This document shows positions 37,804-47,899 of a DNA stretch of 64,000 nt, piece after piece. A program made the position numbers and the translations under genes. Numbering within the stretch: the stretch's first letter is position 1; each line of letters begins with the position of its first letter. Source of the stretch: an uncultured virus (IMG/VR IMGVR_UViG_3300021389_002231) (taxonomy: Duplodnaviria; Heunggongvirae; Uroviricota; Caudoviricetes); the IMG/VR virus record IMGVR_UViG_3300021389_002231; one strand, written 5' to 3'. Below the pieces are notes generated by a model, which was given only the letters and a program-made list of their open reading frames with translations, made no database searches and was not told where the DNA came from.

Positions 37804-38701
37804 CCCAGATTTTGGAAAGACAGGAAACAGTGTATGGAACCAACCATACATGGATCACCTTAATGAAACATTCTTTCCTAACATAGATATATCAACACTA
37901 GCAGACGAATCTAACATTATGTTAGACAGATATCAAGGCTGGATTGAAAGTAGTAAACTAAACAATTTTACTGGGCTAGATGCATTTCCTTATAGGTTTG
38001 CAAGTGTAGGTACTACACAAACACTAGACTGGTGGCACTACTACTGTTCAGTAAATAACCTTAACCTCAAAACATTCAGAGGCGAGTATCCGTATAACAG
38101 AGATGCATTGTTGCACACAAAATTAGAATGGAGTGACAGTATTGATGACAAAGGTCTAACACAAGGCGATGCAGTATTAGTAAGTGTACCATTTAGTGGC
38201 ACTGGTAGAGTTCCTGAGCGTTTTGACGATATGATTAAAATATGCAATCAATTAAAGATTCCAGTGTTAGTTGATTGTGCATGGTTTGGTACTTGCTTTG
38301 ACATAGATATAAACTTAGACGAGCCTTGTATTAAGATGGTAGCATTTAGTACTACCAAAGGACTAAGTTGTGGTAACTGGCGTGCAGGTATTACATTCTC
38401 ACGCATCAACGAAGGTAGTTTAGAAGTACAAACAGATTGGAATCATGGAAACCATCTCAACACTGCAATTGCTAATAGGCTTATGGAAAAGTTTGGACCA
38501 GATACTATTCCTAAAAAGTATATGGACTCGCACGTAGCAGTATGTGATCATTATGGATTTGAAATGACAAACACCATACATATTGCACTAGCACCTAAAC
38601 ATACAGAATATGATGAGTTTCATCGAGACGGAATATACAACAGAATTAATATTGCGAAAGCATTAAAGCGTTACAAGACCAAAGGTAACTTTTATGAATG
38701 A
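37796..38701 (+). CDS. PLP-dependent (fold type I) enzyme-like protein
   Basis: LVDCAW, FSTTKGL (Schiff-base Lys), WRAG. Confidence 0.7.
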   Translation: MSNPDFGKTGNSVWNQPYMDHLNETFFPNIDISTLADESNIMLDRYQGWIESSKLNNFTGLDAFPYRFASVGTTQTLDWWHYYCSVNNLNLKTFRGEYPYNRDALLHTKLEWSDSIDDKGLTQGDAVLVSVPFSGTGRVPERFDDMIKICNQLKIPVLVDCAWFGTCFDIDINLDEPCIKMVAFSTTKGLSCGNWRAGITFSRINEGSLEVQTDWNHGNHLNTAIANRLMEKFGPDTIPKKYMDSHVAVCDHYGFEMTNTIHIALAPKHTEYDEFHRDGIYNRINIAKALKRYKTKGNFYE

Positions 38702-39137
38702 CAACCCTATAGAAATTACTAGTCGCAAATATCCTATTATAGCAAACATGATATTTGATGGAATTGGACAAGAAAATTGTGAAGATATTATTTGGCAAAA
38801 TGTAATTGATACAGTAAGTGAAATTGAACAAAATGAAATAGGAGTAAGTGTAACTCAGAGTTACCAATACACAAAACTAAATGACGAACCAACTATTATA
38901 ACTAGATGGCAAGGTATTAAAACTACTAATGGTAGTGAATTTAGAATTGGATTGGGTACAGGTAAATCAGCAGATAAAAATACTCCACCTATAATGTCTG
39001 GAAACTTTAAAACTGGTGTGCAGGTCAATAGTACATTATCTATAGAATCAATTAAATTAGGTTGCATAGATGGAAAACTTGCAGTTGAAAAAGATGGCAG
39101 ATGGTATGCTATACAAATAGGAGAACGTATTGAGTAA
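38694..39137 (+). CDS. Hypothetical protein
   Basis: Coupled ORF. Confidence 0.65.
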   Translation: MNDNPIEITSRKYPIIANMIFDGIGQENCEDIIWQNVIDTVSEIEQNEIGVSVTQSYQYTKLNDEPTIITRWQGIKTTNGSEFRIGLGTGKSADKNTPPIMSGNFKTGVQVNSTLSIESIKLGCIDGKLAVEKDGRWYAIQIGERIE

Positions 39138-40272
39138 CCTTCCTAGTAATGCATGTGCATATCCATTTAAAGCAGAAATGCTTATGCATGGACAACCGTC
39201 AACACCGTGTTGTAGATTCCATACAAGATTTTTGCCAGAAGATAAAAGTTTTAATGAGATACGAGAAACTATGATGCGTAACGAATGGCATCCAGGTTGC
39301 TATAAATGTAAGTCAGATGAAGCAATGAAAGGCAGTAGTATGCGAACTGATGCTGATGAATTTTTTGATGACTTTACAGATACAGTAAGATTAGAGTATT
39401 TGGAAATAACTGTAGGTAGACTTTGCAACTTAGCATGTTTGAGTTGTGGAGCAGAGTTTAGTCATACATGGGATAAAGATGAACTTGCATTGGGCATAAG
39501 TGATGAGGCTAAGATTGAAAAGTTAAAAGAAGTACAAGAATATGATTTAGATAATTTAGATTTAGACAAATTAAAAGATGTTAAGTTTATAAAAGTAACT
39601 GGTGGTGAACCATTCTTACATAGACAGTTTTTAAACCTAGTCGTTAGATTAGCGGACAGTGGAATAGCAGGACAGATCGACTTAGAGATATTTACAAACT
39701 GTACATGGTTTCCAAAGAAATTAGAACTTGATGCATTATTAAAGTTTAAGCGTATACAACTAAGTCCTAGTATTGATGGTGTAGGTAGTACAAACGACCT
39801 ACTACGTTACCCTAGTAAATGGGAAACAATAGAAGCTACACTTGACAAGTGGATAGAAGTAAAAGACGCTACAGGACGCTTAAAAATAGCTACAGCCACC
39901 ACTGTAAGCGTTATTAATGCTCCACAGCTACATGAGTTTATACATTGGGCAAGAGTGCATAAAGGCATAGGAGTAATGCTACAAACAGTATATGAACCTC
40001 ATTATTTAAGTGTAGAACATTGGGGTAATGCATATAGAAAGTTATTAAAACTAACAGTGGATCAACAATACATGGGTTTTAATAAGAATGAAAGTAAATT
40101 TAGTGCTAGTTATAAACTGTTAGATAATTTATGCTCTGTAGTAACTAATGCACAACAAGATAAAACACAAGACTATATTATAGAATTAAAAAGAATATTA
40201 GCACACAGAGGACAAGACATAAGTATGGCTCCTAAGTTTGCAAATATATTAAGGCACATGAATTATGATTGA
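39130..40272 (+). CDS. Radical SAM protein with N-terminal Twitch/SPASM
   Basis: CAYPF..PCC..CYKC; CNLACLSC; TGGEPF; TTG start with GGAG. Confidence 0.9.
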   Translation: MSNLPSNACAYPFKAEMLMHGQPSTPCCRFHTRFLPEDKSFNEIRETMMRNEWHPGCYKCKSDEAMKGSSMRTDADEFFDDFTDTVRLEYLEITVGRLCNLACLSCGAEFSHTWDKDELALGISDEAKIEKLKEVQEYDLDNLDLDKLKDVKFIKVTGGEPFLHRQFLNLVVRLADSGIAGQIDLEIFTNCTWFPKKLELDALLKFKRIQLSPSIDGVGSTNDLLRYPSKWETIEATLDKWIEVKDATGRLKIATATTVSVINAPQLHEFIHWARVHKGIGVMLQTVYEPHYLSVEHWGNAYRKLLKLTVDQQYMGFNKNESKFSASYKLLDNLCSVVTNAQQDKTQDYIIELKRILAHRGQDISMAPKFANILRHMNYD

Positions 40273-41503
40273 TAAAGAAAAATTAAAACAAAGTAGCACA
40301 TTTTGTATGTTACCGTTTATGCATATTTACGGAACAGCAGGAGGCGATATAGTGCCGTGCTGTGAAGCACAAGAAGTACCATTGAATAATCCAGGTGAGA
40401 CTGCTCTTGAAAGCTGGAACAATGAAAACTACAAAGAGCTAAGACGAGCTTTGGCCAAGGATGAAAGACCAGAACGCTGTGCAGTGTGCTGGCATAACGA
40501 GGACAGTGGGATCGTAAGCAATCGTCAACAATGGGAACAAGACAACTGGAACGAGTTCGCTGACATCATTGAAGTAAATGATGATTACAGTGTAAACAAT
40601 CCACCTATATGGATTGAACTTAAAGTAAGTAATTTTTGTAACTTAAAATGTATAATGTGTAGCACACATAGTTCTTATAAACGTGTAAAGGACTTAGACA
40701 TTATAACAAAGTATCAAGACAGTGGACACGAAACAAGATTACTTAGACCAACTACTTTGTTTGATAGCTTAAATGAGTGGCCGGAATTATGGGAACATGT
40801 ACACACCTTACAGTTTACAGGTGGTGAGCCTATTATTAATCAAGAACACTATGATTTGTTAGAGTCAATTCCACAACATTTAAAGCATAAAATAAAATTA
40901 CGCTATGCTAGTAATTTAAGTCATGTAAAATTTAAAAAGTATGATTTAGTTAAAATTTGGAATGAATTTAAAACTGTTAACATCAAAATAAGTATGGACG
41001 GTGTAGGAGATGTGTATAACTTTATCCGCCAAGATGGTGATTGGGATAATGTGTATGCTAATATGATGGTACTTGATAGTGAACCAACTATAGACGTGGC
41101 TGCTGGTATTACAATACAAGCACATAATATATACCATATGCCAGAGTTTTATGCTTTTTGGAAACACAGTGATATTAAACTTAGGTTCATTACTGCTAAT
41201 ATTTTACAAACACCAAGATACTTAGCACCAAGTGTATGGCCAGGAGAATACAGAGAAGCTATTATTAATAAACTAAAGGGTGCCCTAGATGAACATCCTG
41301 AAATGCAAAAGTTCATTACGTATATGGAAAATAATCAACCTAATATACGTGACTATGCAAAAATGAGAAAGTATAACAGAGATATAGAAGCACGATATCC
41401 AAAAGAAGTAACACTAGCATCAATGCTTAAAGAACACTTAGACATGCAACCAGAGAATATGGAAGCAGTACATAATAGATTATTGAAAGAAGAAAATAAA
41501 TGA
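40265..41503 (+). CDS. Radical SAM protein with N-terminal Twitch/SPASM
   Basis: FCMLPF..PCC..CAVC; CNLKCIMC; TGGEP. Confidence 0.92.
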   Translation: MIDKEKLKQSSTFCMLPFMHIYGTAGGDIVPCCEAQEVPLNNPGETALESWNNENYKELRRALAKDERPERCAVCWHNEDSGIVSNRQQWEQDNWNEFADIIEVNDDYSVNNPPIWIELKVSNFCNLKCIMCSTHSSYKRVKDLDIITKYQDSGHETRLLRPTTLFDSLNEWPELWEHVHTLQFTGGEPIINQEHYDLLESIPQHLKHKIKLRYASNLSHVKFKKYDLVKIWNEFKTVNIKISMDGVGDVYNFIRQDGDWDNVYANMMVLDSEPTIDVAAGITIQAHNIYHMPEFYAFWKHSDIKLRFITANILQTPRYLAPSVWPGEYREAIINKLKGALDEHPEMQKFITYMENNQPNIRDYAKMRKYNRDIEARYPKEVTLASMLKEHLDMQPENMEAVHNRLLKEENK

Positions 41504-41679
41504 ATCGTAAGTTAAGAATTAGTGGCGCAGAAGTGCCTGCATTTGATATACCAATTAAATTAAAAATAGTAACTAAATGTCCTAACAAATGGAAACTAGT
41601 AGATATGGAAACAGGAGAAGAATATATTGGACAAGTACCTACAGAAGAAGATACACACCATTGGAAGAAAATTAAATGA
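41500..41679 (+). CDS. 59 aa hypothetical protein (not in ORF track)
   Basis: MNRKLRISG...TKCPNKWKLVDMETGEEYIG; ATGA coupling at both ends. Confidence 0.7.
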   Translation: MNRKLRISGAEVPAFDIPIKLKIVTKCPNKWKLVDMETGEEYIGQVPTEEDTHHWKKIK

Positions 41680-41954
41680 TTAAAGTATTTTTTATTGCTA
41701 AAATGAAATCACCTATGCCAAGTGAGTATTTACAGATGAGTAAAAAGATGCGTGAACTAGCAGAAGCTCATCCTGGCTTTATAGATATTACAAGTGAAGA
41801 ACATGGCGACATTGAAATTACTATTAGTAGTTGGCGTAGTAAAGAAGATGTAATGGATTGGGCAAACAATCCAGAGCATATGGAAGCAAAACAAAGATCA
41901 GGTGAATGGTACGAATGGGTACGAGGAATACACGTAGAGGCAGTAGATGATTAA
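41676..41954 (+). CDS. Antibiotic biosynthesis monooxygenase (ABM) family
   Basis: HPGF, ITISSW, W...PEH..A, WY. Confidence 0.75.
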   Translation: MIKVFFIAKMKSPMPSEYLQMSKKMRELAEAHPGFIDITSEEHGDIEITISSWRSKEDVMDWANNPEHMEAKQRSGEWYEWVRGIHVEAVDD

Positions 41955-42228
41955 AGTAGTTATTATAGGAAAACTTAAAAATGCTAATAGCGAATATTTT
42001 GATTATTGCAAACGCATAGAAGAAAAAAGAATTGCTAACAGTCCAATTGGCCTAATTGATTACTCGACTGAAATAAAAGATGATGTTGAAATAACAATTA
42101 GCTCATGGAAAACCTGGGATAACATGTTAGATTGGGCACATGATCCATTACAAAAAGAAGCCAAAGAAAAAGAAGATGAATGGTATTATTGGGTTAAAGG
42201 AATTCACATAAAGGCAGAAGATGATTAA
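41947..42228 (+). CDS. ABM family protein, tandem paralog
   Basis: Collinear with the previous gene (EITISSW, DWA, WY.WV.GIH). Confidence 0.7.
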   Translation: MIKVVIIGKLKNANSEYFDYCKRIEEKRIANSPIGLIDYSTEIKDDVEITISSWKTWDNMLDWAHDPLQKEAKEKEDEWYYWVKGIHIKAEDD

Positions 42229-43507
42229 AGGGCAAAAAGATTGGGATTATCAGTTTGTAAGTGACTGTGAAATAGTAAATGTGTTTATACCAAAAAACAC
42301 ACATTTAGCAGAATATCAGACACTTAAACAAAAGCTATTGTTATTGCAACAAGTAGAATGTGATAATCACTTGACATCAAGTATAGTTAACCTGTATAAT
42401 ACTAGTAGCATTGAATGGATTGAACATGTTAGAAAGATGGGACACAAGTATGTTGCATTTTGGTTTGATGGCTGCTGGCCTAAAACAGATGGAATTGAAA
42501 AGAAGATATTAACTTATATAAATCGCTTAGAAAAAAAGGATTGGATTACAGCAGTACATCCAAAATATGTAGATAGTTTAATGTTACTGAACATAGACGA
42601 ATTTATAGCCTGGCCTGCCAAAGCACCAAACTTTGGAAAGTATGACTTTTGGGCCGAAAATTGGCTAGGAGATTCAACCGTTGAATTAAGTAAAACTATA
42701 GAAAGAAACATTGTAGTGGGTGCTCCTAAGACAGATCCAGTTAACTTTTTAAATGGATTAATGGGTAAAAAGTACACAGATCATACGATAGCAAGAGGTG
42801 CCAGAGTTATTATTAAACGTAAAAATATACCCAGTAGTCCTATATATTTTGTTAATACAGAGCCTAGTAGTCCTACAGTAGCAGACCCTATTAAAAACAC
42901 TATATTCAAGCAATATGTGGGTGCTACAGCCGGGTTTAAACTGCTATATTACGCTTATACGTACGGTTTAGATATAGACAGTACAAAGTTCGTATGGTAC
43001 GATTTCGACGCTTACAGCGTTAAATTTAAGCGTCTAATGGTGGAAAAATGGGACGGTTTTGACTATCCAGCGTTTGTTAAGCAGTTTTGTGAAGATAATC
43101 CAGATGCAAATGCATTATTGCTAAAACAGGTAGACAAACAATGGTTAAATATAGTAGAACAGTTCGGTGGAATGGATAATTGGTTAGATTTTTGGATGCA
43201 AGTAAAGTTATGTAAACACGAGTTCTTAGAAGTAGATCTTGTAAACAATCATAAAGCAATTACAGATAAACTAGACAACGATTCAAGTACATTCTTTTGG
43301 GCAAGCAACATATACAGTTATGTGCTACTAAAAGTAATAGTTGAGCCATTTACACTAGAACGAAGTTTTGCCAATTTAATGGTAAGACTACAACAAATAG
43401 ACAAGTGCTGGTTTAGTGGCACAGATCCAAACGATAACGATTTAACATGCGATGTTAAATGGGTGCTTGGGTACAGTACCAACGATAGTATAGGAATGGG
43501 AATATAA
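42221..43507 (+). CDS. Hypothetical enzyme-like protein (paralog of next gene)
   Basis: Shares GxWP, NTE, WxD, WxG.D, SNI blocks with 43507-44910. Confidence 0.75.
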   Translation: MIKGQKDWDYQFVSDCEIVNVFIPKNTHLAEYQTLKQKLLLLQQVECDNHLTSSIVNLYNTSSIEWIEHVRKMGHKYVAFWFDGCWPKTDGIEKKILTYINRLEKKDWITAVHPKYVDSLMLLNIDEFIAWPAKAPNFGKYDFWAENWLGDSTVELSKTIERNIVVGAPKTDPVNFLNGLMGKKYTDHTIARGARVIIKRKNIPSSPIYFVNTEPSSPTVADPIKNTIFKQYVGATAGFKLLYYAYTYGLDIDSTKFVWYDFDAYSVKFKRLMVEKWDGFDYPAFVKQFCEDNPDANALLLKQVDKQWLNIVEQFGGMDNWLDFWMQVKLCKHEFLEVDLVNNHKAITDKLDNDSSTFFWASNIYSYVLLKVIVEPFTLERSFANLMVRLQQIDKCWFSGTDPNDNDLTCDVKWVLGYSTNDSIGMGI

Positions 43508-44910
43508 TGGGATCAGAAACAAAACTAACAATAAGAGAAAAAGAGATATGCCACGTAACATTAGAAGGTGTTATGTGCAAAGAACTAGAAGAAAAAGCAT
43601 CTGATGATTATATATCTATTTTAAAAATGGCTACAGATTGGAATGTGAATCTTGCTACAAACGGATCTTTTATACATGGAGTTATGATAGAACAACTAGA
43701 CTCAGTACTATCAGATTTAAAACAACTTGGATTTAAAGTAGCTGTACTTTGGGCAGAAGGCAGTTGGCCAGAAGATAGTGATATTGACAAAGAAATATTA
43801 AAGTCTGTTGAAGAATGGGATAAAGAAGAATGGGGATGTGCTGGTCATATATTAGACAGGCCAGGAAGACGTAGACCTATATTTCATCATCAGTGTGTTA
43901 TTGTTAATTTACGAAAACTTACACAAAGTATACAATGTAGAATTCGTGATTACGAAGCAAGCACAGAACACTTTCACGATGATTATACACCTAAGTGGAT
44001 TAAGCCGGTATCGGAAAAATATGTACCAGATAGTCATTGGAAAAGTTATGAAGAAGCAAAAACACCATATAACTTGTTTAACTGTTTATTACGAACATCA
44101 CTAGAACATGGACTAAAAGTATTTAACTTAGATTATAATATACGAAGCCTTAAAGTATGTTCATATCCAGAAGATGATATTGAATGGACTGAGAACGAAT
44201 TATTTAAAACATACGAACATGCAGATCGCATATGGGATATAAAAGAAACATACGAAGATAAGATTCCACTACTTGAGTTTAAAATACAAGATTCAAGTGT
44301 TGTATATATTCTTAACACGGAGTCAGTGCCACATGTAATTGTAAATGATATACAAGTAATGGTGTGTCCATGCAGTGGATTGCATCAATTTAAATATATG
44401 GAAAAAAGTTTAGATGTAATGGAAATGATTATATGGTCAGACTACAGCCCTTACTCAGTTGCATGGATGGAGATACTTATACACGAATGGAATGGAAAAG
44501 ACTTTCATGGATTCTTTGAAGCAAACAAACACAGATTAAATTTTGATGGAACATTTGAACTTGGGTTCGGAACATGGGAAAAGTTTATGGACAGTTTTGA
44601 TAGTGAAGAACAATGGCTAGAAGTATGGAATAAAATACAAAACTTAGAGCATCAATTTGAAGTAGTCAATATAGTTAATGACCATGATGCAATTGTAAAT
44701 TTAATACCACCTAATAAAAATGTACTATTACAATGTAGCAATATATTTTTATATGAATCAAATTACTTTAACAAAGGATTAGACACTACATTTAACGCTA
44801 TTTCATATATAAGAAAAGTACAAGGTATTTCTAATAAAGTTTATTTTAATGGCGACATTAATGGAAACTATTATAATATGAGAAATATAAACAGGATGAA
44901 ATGGATATGA
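43507..44910 (+). CDS. Hypothetical enzyme-like protein (paralog of previous gene)
   Basis: 467 aa; shares the same motif blocks. Confidence 0.75.
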   Translation: MGSETKLTIREKEICHVTLEGVMCKELEEKASDDYISILKMATDWNVNLATNGSFIHGVMIEQLDSVLSDLKQLGFKVAVLWAEGSWPEDSDIDKEILKSVEEWDKEEWGCAGHILDRPGRRRPIFHHQCVIVNLRKLTQSIQCRIRDYEASTEHFHDDYTPKWIKPVSEKYVPDSHWKSYEEAKTPYNLFNCLLRTSLEHGLKVFNLDYNIRSLKVCSYPEDDIEWTENELFKTYEHADRIWDIKETYEDKIPLLEFKIQDSSVVYILNTESVPHVIVNDIQVMVCPCSGLHQFKYMEKSLDVMEMIIWSDYSPYSVAWMEILIHEWNGKDFHGFFEANKHRLNFDGTFELGFGTWEKFMDSFDSEEQWLEVWNKIQNLEHQFEVVNIVNDHDAIVNLIPPNKNVLLQCSNIFLYESNYFNKGLDTTFNAISYIRKVQGISNKVYFNGDINGNYYNMRNINRMKWI

Positions 44911-45656
44911 TACACTACAATAATTTATCATGGTGGGAACCCCCAAATGATGAAACAATGGAATACTTTGAAACATGGGAAAATTTTAAAACAAATCCTG
45001 CACTAGCTGATAACAAACAATTAGATGCAACAGATCTAAATAACATAATGGACAACACTAATGTCCCATGGGTCACTATGCCAGATATACCAGTACCATG
45101 GAAAGACATACATGCCGAAGCAATGGCATTATTAGAAACTGAATGTTTCTCGTTACATAGAGCAGTAGGTAGTGGTGGTTGGTTAAGTTTATGTGTACAT
45201 GGAATGAGTAGTGTTCATACAAATGTTCCAGAAGATTATAACTTGCCAGATGAAGCTGAATACGAATTAAGTGATTGGACAGATATTAGTAAATTTACAC
45301 CACGTACTAAAGAATGGATGCAAGACGAAATGTTGTATGAAAGATTTAGTCGTGTAAGATTTATGGCAGTATTGCCAGGTGGTTGGATTAGTCCACATCG
45401 AGATACAGATAAATTAGCAGGTTTAGGTGCAACCAATGTTGCTATTAATAACCCAAAAGGTTGCAATTTAGTAATGGAAGAATATGGTATATTGCCATAC
45501 ACAGACGGTCTTGTAGTAAAGATTAATACAGGACACAATCACGCGGTATGGAATCGCAGTGACGAGCCTCGAATACATATGATATTTGATGGCGATACAA
45601 GTACAGAATTTAAAACAAAAGTGAATGAGAATTATGCCAAAATGTTTGATGTTTAA
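44901..45656 (+). CDS. Aspartyl/asparaginyl beta-hydroxylase family oxygenase
   Basis: RVRFM..LPGGWISPHRD..HAVWN...RIHMI. Confidence 0.8.
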   Translation: MDMIHYNNLSWWEPPNDETMEYFETWENFKTNPALADNKQLDATDLNNIMDNTNVPWVTMPDIPVPWKDIHAEAMALLETECFSLHRAVGSGGWLSLCVHGMSSVHTNVPEDYNLPDEAEYELSDWTDISKFTPRTKEWMQDEMLYERFSRVRFMAVLPGGWISPHRDTDKLAGLGATNVAINNPKGCNLVMEEYGILPYTDGLVVKINTGHNHAVWNRSDEPRIHMIFDGDTSTEFKTKVNENYAKMFDV

Positions 45657-46689
45657 AAACGGTGTTACTATAGGTCCTGGCGGACAAGTCAGGCCTTGTT
45701 GTATGTATATGAATACTGATATCGAACAACGATACAATGAGCCAGGTTGGCGTGAAAAGTTTGATGAACTGTATGAAGAAAGTTTAACTAAATGGTTACC
45801 TAATTGTTATGAATGCAAAGCAGAAGAAGATAGAGGTAGAAGAAGTTTAAGACAAGACTCATTAGAATGGTTTAATGAAGCACAAGGAATACAGTATTGG
45901 GATTTAAAATTACATAATACTTGCAACTTAACTTGTGTAATGTGTAATCCGTTAAGTAGCAGTAAATGGCATACAATGGTAAATGCAAATCCAGATGAGG
46001 ACTGGCATAGACTAGTTAAAGTAGAATCAAAAATGAAAACAGGGTGGCACAAAGATATACTGCCGGAAATATTATCATCATTATATGATACAAAGTATTT
46101 AAAATTTACAGGTGGTGAGCCATTAATGATTCCACACGTAAGAAAAATTATTACGCAGTTATATGAAGATGAAGTTTCACCTTCTGTTAGACTAAGCATT
46201 ATTACAAACGGTACTATACCACTTGATGCTGAATTATTAAAAATGCTACTAACATTTAAACAGGTAATATTTTTAGTAAGCATAGACGGAATAGAGGATA
46301 AGTTTGAATATATTAGAGCTGGTGCTAATTGGAAAGAAGTAGAGGCTAATTTAATAAAGTTTAAACAGATTGAAATTAATTACCCAGATAAGTTTCATTT
46401 AAATATAAATTATTTGCCTATGTCAGTTAATGCATCACAAAATGAAGAGGCGGAACAATGGGCAAAAGATTTAAAGATTAGATTTAGTAAAAGTGTAGAA
46501 ATATATAGACCACATTATTTAACATATGCTGGGCTAAACAATAAATTAAGAGAAAGATATAATATAAAAACTCATCACGAATATGATGAGAATGTGTTTA
46601 AGGAATTACTAAAACATATGGATATGAAAGATAGATTACAAGGCACTGATTTTAGAAGTGTATTTCCGGAGTTTTTTGAAGATGAGTAA
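45634..46689 (+). CDS. Radical SAM protein with N-terminal Twitch/SPASM
   Basis: C..RPCC..CYEC; CNLTCVMC; TGGEP. Confidence 0.9.
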   Translation: MPKCLMFKNGVTIGPGGQVRPCCMYMNTDIEQRYNEPGWREKFDELYEESLTKWLPNCYECKAEEDRGRRSLRQDSLEWFNEAQGIQYWDLKLHNTCNLTCVMCNPLSSSKWHTMVNANPDEDWHRLVKVESKMKTGWHKDILPEILSSLYDTKYLKFTGGEPLMIPHVRKIITQLYEDEVSPSVRLSIITNGTIPLDAELLKMLLTFKQVIFLVSIDGIEDKFEYIRAGANWKEVEANLIKFKQIEINYPDKFHLNINYLPMSVNASQNEEAEQWAKDLKIRFSKSVEIYRPHYLTYAGLNNKLRERYNIKTHHEYDENVFKELLKHMDMKDRLQGTDFRSVFPEFFEDE

Positions 46690-47899
46690 AAAATTACCAA
46701 GCGATACATTTTGCGTATTACCATTTATGCACGCCGCAGTTAACCCTGGCGGTGGCTTTCGTGTTTGTTGTAACAGTAACCCTGCTAACAACAAAGTATT
46801 AAAAGACGATGGCAGTGGCAAAGCATATAGGATATTCAAAGATGATATCAATGATGTATGGAACAGTGAGTGGTATAAAAACATTCGCAAAGAGTTTATA
46901 AACGGAGAGCGTCCTGAAACATGTCAAAGATGTTTCCGTGAGGAAGATGCAGGTATTCGTAGTCCACGCATAGGTTACAATGAGAAGTGGTATAAAGACA
47001 ATGTAAAAGTAGCAGAAGAAATACCATTGGACATTCGTTATGTAGACTTGCGTTTAGGTAACTTGTGCAACTTAAAGTGTAGAATGTGTAACCCATGGAG
47101 TAGTAGCATGTGGGTTAAAGACTGGAACAAAGTAACTGGACTTGCAGAGCTTACACCCAATGAGCCACTAAACAGTGACGAATTAGACTTTATGGAAGTT
47201 ATGAAAGTATGGCCAGATCGTAAACAAACTGGATTAAACTTTGTAGAGATAGCACATACAATTGAAGAAATTTATTTAACAGGTGGAGAGCCTACACTTG
47301 CAACTAGTCAATATGCATTATTTGATTACTGCATTGAAAATGAACTAGCAGGCAATATTAAACTAAAGTATAACACTAACCTTACAAATATTCCACAAAA
47401 AATGATTGATTACTGGAGTCACTTTAAAGGTGTGCAACTTAATTGTAGTATTGATGCAACTGGCGATAGAGATAGATATGTTAGGTATCCAAGTAGTTGG
47501 GGTAAAATAGTAGAAACATTTGATAAACTATTAGCACTACCTAATGTGTACATTCAAGTACATTGTACAGTACAAGTACTAAACATGTGTGCTATGAGTG
47601 AACTGTTTGATTGGACCCGTAGCAAAGGAATACCTGACAAAGATATATATCTAAATATTCTTAATCACCCAGAAATGTATAACATACGTTCTCTACCTAA
47701 AGAACTAAAACAGCTCGCCGAGCAAAACTTACAACCTTATTTAGACATACCAAAAGTAGCAGACTGTATTAAGTATATGTGGTCCGAAGATTGGTACGAA
47801 AAGCGTTGGAAAGAGTTTGTAGACTTTAATACAAAAACAGATGATTTACAAAAAGGTAACTTGTTAGATGTTGCACCGGAGTTTAAGCCATATGTCTAA
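46682..47899 (+). CDS. Radical SAM protein with N-terminal Twitch/SPASM
   Basis: FCVLPF..VCC..CQRC; CNLKCRMC; TGGEP. Confidence 0.92.
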   Translation: MSKKLPSDTFCVLPFMHAAVNPGGGFRVCCNSNPANNKVLKDDGSGKAYRIFKDDINDVWNSEWYKNIRKEFINGERPETCQRCFREEDAGIRSPRIGYNEKWYKDNVKVAEEIPLDIRYVDLRLGNLCNLKCRMCNPWSSSMWVKDWNKVTGLAELTPNEPLNSDELDFMEVMKVWPDRKQTGLNFVEIAHTIEEIYLTGGEPTLATSQYALFDYCIENELAGNIKLKYNTNLTNIPQKMIDYWSHFKGVQLNCSIDATGDRDRYVRYPSSWGKIVETFDKLLALPNVYIQVHCTVQVLNMCAMSELFDWTRSKGIPDKDIYLNILNHPEMYNIRSLPKELKQLAEQNLQPYLDIPKVADCIKYMWSEDWYEKRWKEFVDFNTKTDDLQKGNLLDVAPEFKPYV

